This document shows positions 55,201 to 64,000 of a stretch of DNA of 64,000 nt, in pieces; positions within the stretch are counted from its first letter, which is position 1; every line of letters starts with the position of its first letter. The notes beneath the pieces were generated by a model that worked only from the letters and a program-made list of their open reading frames with translations, had not been told where the DNA came from and searched no databases. A program made the translations under genes and the position numbers. Source of the DNA: Eledone cirrhosa (lineage: Eukaryota); the NCBI GenBank assembly GCA_964016885.1, contig OZ024743.1, positions 47,740,001-47,804,000 on the forward strand. The letters are read 5' to 3'.

Positions 55201-58200
55201 TTGTTCTTTTCTCCAGTATTTCCATATCTATCTCTTTATGCACACCTATATATATATATATATATACGTCCAAACCCATGCAAGCATGGAAGATGGACAT
55301 TAAACGATGATGATGATGATGATGATGATATATATATATAGGTGTGCATAATTAGCAAGCAAGGCTAGAAATTTGGGGGAGGGATTTAAATTGATCTCAG
55401 TATTTTATTTTGTCAACTTTAGAAGGATTTGAGCTCAAAATGTAAAGGGCCAGAACAAATACCACAAAGCATTTTGTCTGAATCCGTAACGATTCTGCAT
55501 GACATAATCTATAACAATTGGTGGAGATTAAACCTACATTTCCTTGTAGACATTGTTACAGACATTGAGTAAAATTAATTACATCAAGCATGCATATTCA
55601 TATTCAGTAATAGCAATGTTTATGTCCTGGCATAGTTATCTGCCCCTGAGGTTGAAATTTGTTTTTGTAATATATATATACTTCAATTTATTTTGTATAA
55701 ACATGATATTATTTACAGTAACAATAATAATAGTAATAATGACAACTATAATGATTGCAATAATAAAAAAGGGAAACAAAAGGAAAGAAAGAATAGGGAA
55801 ATATAGAGAAAAAGAATAGGGAAGAAAGAAAAAAAGAACAGGAAGGGGAGGGGATGACAAGAACTCTGGTGTCGCAGGGGAGAGGTGATTGGGCTTTGGG
55901 CCTAGGGCAAGAGGGCAGAAGTGCTCTTCCCCGCAGACAAGACGGTTGAAATTTATTCATAACTCATTTTTCATTCTCTCCATGCTAGCGTGGAAGATAG
56001 ACATTAAACGATGATGATGATGATGATGATATATCATAAATTTTCAATATCTACATCTAACACTTTGTTTAAAATACATAAACATGATCTTAGGTTCAAT
56101 TCTAGATTAGTCATTGATATTTTGCTTTTTAAATGGCAAATATTTTAATTGAATTTGGTATCTTTGTGATAGATACAGTTTATAGTGAGGTTAAGTTTGA
56201 CAGTTGATAAATATATTTCTTGCTGTTTCCCACCCATTTCAAACCCCTTTGTTTGATGGTTATTTAAAAACTAGAAACAACTTCTGTCAAATAAAACTTG
56301 AAAAGATAACTTTTGACATTTGCAAATATGATTCACCCCACTCTATCTCTGTTTTTCATAGCTTTCCTCCTTGTTCTATATATAAACAATCTCTTTAAAA
56401 TTATTTATACATCCCACATCAAAACTGTTTTAAATACACATGCTCATACACACATAAATATGCATACATTTTGCTTTAGTAAATTCTTTAGCCTCTCTCC
56501 CTATTTCTTGCTGTCTCTCTCTCTTTCTCTGTTATCCTGTCAGTCTGTCTGTCAAACATCTAACTGTATCTCTTTCTACTTTTCACTCCTCTCTCTGTCT
56601 CATCTCAACTATTCTCTCTAATGTTAACTGAACTAAACAGAGTTCAATGAAGAGGACACGCATCTGTGACATATTCAACCACATACATTCACAAGATGGC
56701 TGAACAATTATTGAACAAATGACTGGTGTCCTCAGTCCCTGAACTGTTATTTTCCTCTGCAATATTGGGAGGGGTACATCTCACCTGAGATGGAGTGACT
56801 GATACACTGCATGGCAATGACTTCACCATTTTATCTAGGATATACCACCTAAACTGGGCTGGACAGTCTGCTGCTCCTGCCCTCTTTCCCTTACTTTCAT
56901 TATTTAATTGGTTTTCTTTATCTTTTTATTGAAAACCTAATATAATTTGAATAAAATTTGTTGAATAGAACTTTTCTTCATAAAGTGGTCATCATCACAA
57001 GTGATGGAGAATCCATCATCATCATCATTATGAGGGTAAATATCAAACAATGTTTTATCTAAAAAACCAACAGGTAGGAGACCCAGGGGTAGACCCCGAG
57101 CTAAATGTTGGATAATATCTATGAGCTTGGCTGGTCACGATTAGGGATCCTGCCAGATCAGTTGGGGATGGTTGCTTCTGACTGGACCCAGTGAAGGGAG
57201 TGCTTGAGGACTCTGTCCCCACGACCCTCTCAGGAATAAGTGGGCAAAGAAGAAGAAGAATAAGAAGAAAAATTTCTGAGCAATAACTATTTGAATTTTG
57301 ACACATCACATTCAATAAAAAATGCATTCTATCTTGTATTTTTAGATATAACGGTTGGACCTGTAAAATCTGGTACTCCATGCATGGCAACTCACATTGT
57401 CTGGTCTGTTCTGTATGATTTTAGATTTCTTGAAAAAATAAACACCTTGTTTGGAAACATTGTTAATTATATTATTTCATATTATAAGCTATGTTCTAGC
57501 TTTGATAAGACATCAATATATGTATGAGGAACAAGATGGCAACACTGCATTTTCTAACAGGAGGCAAAGGCCAGGTTCAAATATTGTCAGATTTATGAGG
57601 TAAAAAATGTTATTTCATAGTAGAGTTGTATAAACATACAGAAAAACGAAGTTATATTGGAAAGAACTATAAATGCCATAAATGAGAGGAAAAGGAGGAG
57701 AAGAACAAGGACTATTAGACAAAGGAAGTGGGAAGGAGAGAGGATGACAGACTCTACACCTAGGTCAGAGCAGTGTTTCAGCTGCGCCCCAGACAAGGCA
57801 TTTATGAGGTTCAACCTATATTACTGGACCAATGGTTGGAATTATTGCTATCTTTTATTAGATGATTTGTCTTATATTTTTTGGTTGTATATATATATAT
57901 ATATATATATTTGTAGTTTTGAATCACAAAACTCTATCTACAGAGCCTTATGATGGTGGGGCTTTGTGACAGATACCACATATCAATGATTATCTAACCA
58001 GATGTAATACTGGATTCAGTGAAACTGTTGACCTTGCCACATATAGAGCCTGATAGTGAAGCCGATAAGATACATGTTATGAACTACATCTGATGGAAAC
58101 AGAATAAAAGAGATATGTATATCATCATCATTTTATATACATATTTGAAGCTGGTGAATGTTTTTTTCTCTAATTGCAAAGCTCTCGTGTTTATTGCACA

Positions 58201-59311
58201 TAAACAAATCGTAAACGTTTTCATATATACCACAATTATATTTTATATATTTAGATGGTAACTGCCATCAGAAGTCATTTACCTCAATGGTATAGAGCTC
58301 TCAGCCAGAATTTAAAATTTATAGAGTTTGATTCTCTGTAGAGACTGCTGGCCACCTTTTCCATCTATAGGGGTATTTTACCTGATTCCCTAAGTTCACA
58401 GTTATTTCCTGTATTCAAGATTTCTTACATTTTCTAAGCATATACATATGTGTGCTTGTATGTGTTTATTAATATATATGTATATGTATATATATATATG
58501 TGTGTGTGTGTGTATTATCATTACCCCCATTTAATGTCTATTTTCCATGCTTCCCCGGATTACTTGGGTTGTTACAGACAAGACAGCTCAGGTGACCATG
58601 TCTTGCTTGTATATTTTGTTTGTTGTTTGGTTTCTATGGCGATGCCCTTCCTAAAGCCAACAACTGGGAGTATGTTTCCATGGCACCAGCACTATCACCT
58701 TACAGAGGTAGAACAACAATAACAACCTCGTTGTTAAATGGATATTTGTAGAGGCCGAATAGCTGAGTGGATAATGGATCAGATTAACAATTCATGGATA
58801 ATCATTTCAAATCCATTTATATCTAGAGAAGGGGAATAGTTAGAAAAACTTCTGAGAAAAATAACCAGATTAACATTTAAAAAAACTAATTTCATATTTA
58901 CATGAACATTAAACTTCACACTACAATGAAGGAGCCTGTATGTGGTAATTAGATCTGCTAGAAATAACAGTGAAATCTCCTTTCAAATCATAACTGAACA
59001 TCTTTAAAAAACGAAGGACTCAATTAGAGCTGATTTGGAGTTCAACAGTATCATCTTCACCTTATACTTCAGTTCTGTCTGAAATCTTAAACTTCTCTTC
59101 TTGTTCAAAGCATAAAATTTCATTGTTTAAACTTTTTCTATTTGCCAATGTAGAATGTCAATAGTTTTATCAGATTGTATTGCTGTATTTTATTACACTT
59201 ACCTCACTGTTGCTAAGTCCATCTTGTATTATATGTGGCTAAGTATTTCATTGACACGTATACCCTTAACCCTTTAGCATTTACAATATTTTATATCTTC
59301 TATTTTATTTT

Positions 59312-59789
59312 CACATACTCTGAACGCCTTGCTTACCTGGGCATGGATTCATTGAAGCTCCGACGTCTGGCAATGGACTTGGTAAACACCCACAAAGTTA
59401 TTAACCATCTCGCCAACAACGATCCTGAGCACCTTTTTGATTTCCATGTGCCTAACACACGTGGAAATGCCTACAAAATCAGAAAGCAGCACAGCTCCCA
59501 TGACTTTCGGAAACATTTTTTCACGCTCAGAGTTGCTGAAGCATGGAACAAACTGCCTGCGTCAGTTGTTAGCTGCCGAGACACTGCATCCTTTAAAACC
59601 CTCATGCTTCCCGAAATACGCCAAAGCTACACCTGATGTACCCCTTCCATACACATACACACATGTGTAAATCATGACTCATGCACTGTTCATTTTCCTG
59701 ACGTACATTACCCTATGTACTATACATACACTTTTTGATGAGTTGTAGTGCACCTAAACACTGAACACAATATTTCATTATTATTATTA
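59312..59789 (+). mobile_element. 5'-truncated CR1/L2-group LINE nested in a TTAA MITE
   Basis: YSERLAYLGMDSLKLRR...TRGNAYKI...RKHFFTLRVAEAWNKLP.SVV...FK is a typical CR1 ORF2 C-terminus; (ATT)n tail; MITE halves at 59266-59311 and 59790-59965. Confidence 0.88.
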
Positions 59790-59979
59790 AAGGCCTTATC
59801 TTACACAATTATCTCACATAAGATTGAATCTACAACATTTTGATGTTATTTATTTTGAGAACAATACCGTAATTTAGGTGTGAGCAGCCAGTTACAGCCA
59901 GTTTGAACAGAAAAAAGTGAGAGAGTTATGGCCGGATACAGCCGGTTTGAATGCTAAAGGGTTTATGTAATTAAATAAT

Positions 59980-60236
59980 ATTAATAATAATAATCATAAT
60001 GAAATTATTGAGTAAAGTGCTCAGGTGCACTACGACTCATAAAAAGTGCATGTATAGTACATAGAATAATATACAAATGTCAGGGAAGTGAATAGTGTAT
60101 GAGTGATGATAAACATGTGTGTATGTGTATGGAGAGGGAATATTAGGCGTAGTGTTGGCGATTCTCAGGAAGCATGGAGGTTTTAAAGGATGCAGTGTCT
60201 TGACAGCTAACAACTGATGCTGGTAGTTTGTTCCAT
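59980..60236 (-). mobile_element. CR1 3' end continuous with the satellite
   Basis: Reverse complement of 19720-19977. Confidence 0.85.
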
Positions 60237-63200
60237 GGAGGTTTTAAAAGATGCAGTGTCTTGACAGCTAACAACTGATGCAGGTAGTTTGTTCCATGGA
60301 GGTTTTAAAGGATGCAGTGTCTTGACAGCTAACAACTGATGCAGGTAATTTGTTCCATGGAGGTTTTAAAGGATGCAGTGTCTTGACAGCTAACAACTGA
60401 TGCAGGTAGTTTGTTCCATGGAGGTTTTAAAGGATGCAGTGTCTTGACAGCTAACAACTGATGCTGGTAGTTTGTTCCATGGAGGTTTTAAAGGATGCAG
60501 TGTCTCGACAGCTAACAACTGATGCTGGTAGTTTGTTCCATGGAGGTTTTAAACGATGCAGTGTCTTGACAGCTAACAACTGATGCAGGTAGTTTGTTCC
60601 ATTGTGGTTTTAAAGGATGCAGTGTCTAGACAGCTAACAACTGATGCAGGTACTTTGTTCCATGGAGGTTTTAAAGGATGCAGTGTCTCGGCAGCTAATA
60701 ACTGATGCAGGTAGTTTGTTCCATGGAGGTTTTAAAGGATGCAGTGTCTTGACAGCTAACAACTGATGCAGGGAGTTTGTTCCATGGAAGTTTTAAAGGA
60801 TGCAGTGTCTCGGCAGCTAACAACTGATGCAGGTACTTTGTACCATGGAGGTTTTAAAGGATGCAGTGTCTCGGCAGCTAATAACTGATGCAGGTAGTTT
60901 GTTCCATGGAGGTTTTAAAGGATGCAGTGTCTTGACAGCTAACAACTGATGCAGGTAGTTTGTTCCATGGAAGTTTTAAAGGATGCAGTGTCTCGGCAGC
61001 TAACAACTGATGCAGGTAGTTTGTTCCATGGAGGTTTTAAAGGATGCAGTGTCTCGGCAGCTAATAACTGATGCAGGTAGTTTGTTCCATGGAGGTTTTA
61101 AAGGATGCAGTGTCTTGACAGCTAACAACTGATGCAGGTAGTTTGTTCCATGGAAGTTTTAAAGGATGCAGTGTCTTGACAGCTAACAACTGATGCAGGT
61201 AGTTTGTTCCATGGAGTTTTAAAAGAAAGCAGTGTCTTGACAGCTAACAATTGATGCAGGTAATTTATTCCATGGAGGCTTTAAAGGATGCAGTGTCTCG
61301 GCAGCTAACAACTGATGCAGGTAGTTTGTTCCATGGAGGTTTTAAAGGATGCAGTGTCTTGACAGCACACAACTGATCCAGGTAGTTTGTTCCATGGAGG
61401 TTTTAAAGGATGCAGTGTCTTGACAGCTAACAACTGATGCAGGTAGTTTGTTCCATGGAGGCTTTAAAGGATGCAGTGTCTTGACAGCACACAACTGATC
61501 CAGGTAGTTTGTTCCATGGAGGTTTTAAAGGATGCAGTGTCTTGACAGCTAAAAACTGATGCAGGTAGTTTGTTCCATGGAGGTTTTAAAGGATGCAGTG
61601 TCTCGACAGCTAACAACTGATGCAGTTAGTTTGTTCCATGGAGGTTTTAAAGGATGCAGTATCTTGACAGCTAACAACTGATGCAGGTAGTTTGTTCCAT
61701 GGAGGTTTTAAAGGATGCAGTGTCTTGACAGCTAACAACTGATGCAGTTAGTTTGTTCCATGGAGGTTTTAAAGGATGCAATGTCTTGACAGCTAACAAC
61801 TGATGCAGGTAGTTTGTTACATGGAAGTTTTAAAGGATGCAGTGTCTTGACAGCTAACAACTGATGCAGGTAGTTTGTTCCATGGAAGTTATAAAGGATG
61901 CAGTGTCTTGACAGATAACAACTGATGCAGGTAGTTTGTTCCATGGAGGTTTTAAAGGATGCAGTGTCTCGGCAGCTAACAACTGATGCAGGTAGTGTGT
62001 TCCATGGAGGTTTTACAGGATGCAGTGTCTTGACAGCTAACAACTGATGCAGGTAGTTTGTTCCATGGAGTTTTTAAAGGATGCAGTGTCTTGACAGCTA
62101 ACAACTGATGCATTTAGTTTGTTCCATGGAGGTTTGAAAGGATGCAGTGTCTTGACAGCTAACAACTGATGCAGGTAGTTTGTTCCATGGAGGTTTTAAA
62201 GGATGCAGTGTCTTGACAGCTAACAACTGATGCAGGTAGTTTGTTCCATGGAGGTTTTAAAGGATGCAGTGTCTTGACAGCACACAACTGATCCAGGTAG
62301 TTTGTTCAATGGAGGTTTTAAAGGATGCAGTGTCTTGACAGCTAACAACTGATGCAGGTAGTTTGTTCCATGGAGGCTTTAAAGGATGCAGTGTCTCGGC
62401 AGCTAACAACTGATGCAGGTAGTTTGTTCCATGGATGTTTTAAAGGATGACGTGTCTTGACAGCTAACAACTGATGCAGGTAGTTTGTTCCATGGAGGTT
62501 TTAAAGGATGCAGTGTCTTGACAGCTAACAACTGATGCAGGTAGTTTGTTCCATGGATGTTTTAAAGGATGCAGTGTCTCGACAGCTAACAACTGATGCA
62601 GGTAGTTTGTTCCATGGAGGTTTTAAAGGATGCAGTATCTTGACAGCGAACAACTGATGCAGGTAGTTTGTTCCATGGAGGTTTTAAAGGATGCAATGTC
62701 TTGACAGCTAACAACTGATGTAGGTAATTTGTTACATGGAAGTTTTAAAAGATGCAGTGTCTTGACAGCTAACAACTGATGCATAGTTTGTTCCATGGAG
62801 GTTTTAAAGGATGCAGTGTCTTGACAGCTAACAACTGATGCAGGTAGTTTGTTCCATGGAGGTTTTAAAGGATGCAGTGTCTTGACAGCTAACAACTGAT
62901 GCAGGTAGTTTGTTCCATGGAAGTTTTAAAGGATGCAGTGTCTTGACAGATAACAACTGATGCAGGTAGTTTGTTCCATGGAGGTTTTAAAGGATGCAGT
63001 GTCTTGACAGCTAACAACTGATGCTGGTAGTTTGTTCCATGGAGGTTTTAAAGGATGCAGTGTCTCGACAGCTAACAACTGATGCTGGTAGTTTGTTCCA
63101 TGGAGGTTTTAAAGGATGCAGTGTCTTGACAGCTAACAACTGATGCAGGTAGTTTGTTCCATTGTGGTTTTAAAGGATGTAGTGTCTTGACAGCTAACAA

Positions 63201-64000
63201 CTGATGCAGGTACTTTGTTCCATGGAGGTTTTAAAGGATTCAGTGTCTCGGCAGCTAATAACTGATGCAGGTAGTTTGTTCCATGGAGGCTTTAAAGGAT
63301 GCAGTGTCTTGACAGCTAACAACTGATGCAGGTAGTTTGTTTCATGGAAGTTTTAAAGGATGCAGTGTCTCGGCAGCTAACAACTGATGCAGGTACTTTG
63401 TTCCATGGAGGTTTTAAAGGATGCAGTGTCTCGGCAGCTAATAACTGATGCAGGTAGTTTGTTCCATGGAGGTTTTAAAGGATGCAGTGTCTTGACAGCT
63501 AACAACTGATGCTGGTAGTTTGTTCCATGAAGGTTTTAAAGGATGCAGTGTCTTGACAGCTAACAATTAATGCAGGTAGTTTGTTCCATGGAGGCTTTAA
63601 AGGATGCAGTGTCTCGACAGCTAACAACTGATGCAGGTAGTTTGTTCCATGGAGGTTTTAAAGGATGCAGTGTCTTGACAGCTAACAACTGATGCAGGTG
63701 GTTTGTTCCATGGAGGTTTTAAAGGATGCAGTGTCTTGAAAGCTCACAACTGATCCAGGTAGTTTGTTCCATGGAGGTTTTAAAGGATGCAGTTTCTTGA
63801 CAGCTAACAACTGATGCAGGTAGTTTGTTCCATGGAGGTTTTAAAGGATGCAGTGTCTTGACAGCTAACAACTGATGCAGGTAGTTTGTTCCATGGAGGC
63901 TTAAAAGGATGCAGTGTCTCGGCAGCTAACAACTGATGCAGGTAGTTTGTTCCATGGAGGTTTTAAAGGATGCAGTGTCTTGACAGCTAACAACTGATGC
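60176..64000. repeat. 61-bp tandem satellite, about 63 units, running off the window end; derived from CR1
   Basis: Unit ggaggttttaaaggatgcagtgtcttgacagctaacaactgatgcaggtagtttgttccat; few substitutions per unit. Confidence 0.98.

Noticed and set aside
55530-59240. Possible further minus-strand exons (donor-like sites near 57395, 58280 and 59201)
   Set aside because: Could not chain them into a consistent reading frame or recognisable peptide
60176-64000. CRISPR-like array
   Set aside because: Head-to-tail monomers with no unique spacers, no cas genes, eukaryotic context; the unit derives from a LINE

Overview
AT-rich, microsatellite-rich eukaryotic DNA; the repeat families and (TA)n load suggest a cephalopod mollusc such as Octopus (inference). 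Three host genes are supported: a secreted/type-I membrane single-Ig-domain protein (12509-13018, +), a spliced coiled-coil gene on the minus strand (about 8 small exons, 30404 to about 14839), and the mitochondrial Fe-S co-chaperone HscB/HSC20 (two coding exons, 42601-47020, +). Most of the rest is mobile DNA: several RTE-clade LINE families (one with an intact 956-aa EN-RT ORF), CR1/L2-type 3' fragments, tRNA-derived SINEs, TTAA-flanked MITEs, CRE-like fragments and a 5'-truncated Penelope-like (Naiad-type RT plus GIY-YIG) element. The most striking signals are: (i) at least 7 minimal type-I hammerhead ribozyme motifs of 4 sequence types, mostly inside non-coding fold-back elements associated with (TA)n, six of them within 36.7-41.6 kb around the Penelope element; (ii) a satellite of more than 3.8 kb (61-bp unit) made from a hairpin-bounded segment of a CR1 LINE 3' end; (iii) a twin-priming-style inversion in an RTE copy. 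The long IYIY ORFs are microsatellite artefacts.
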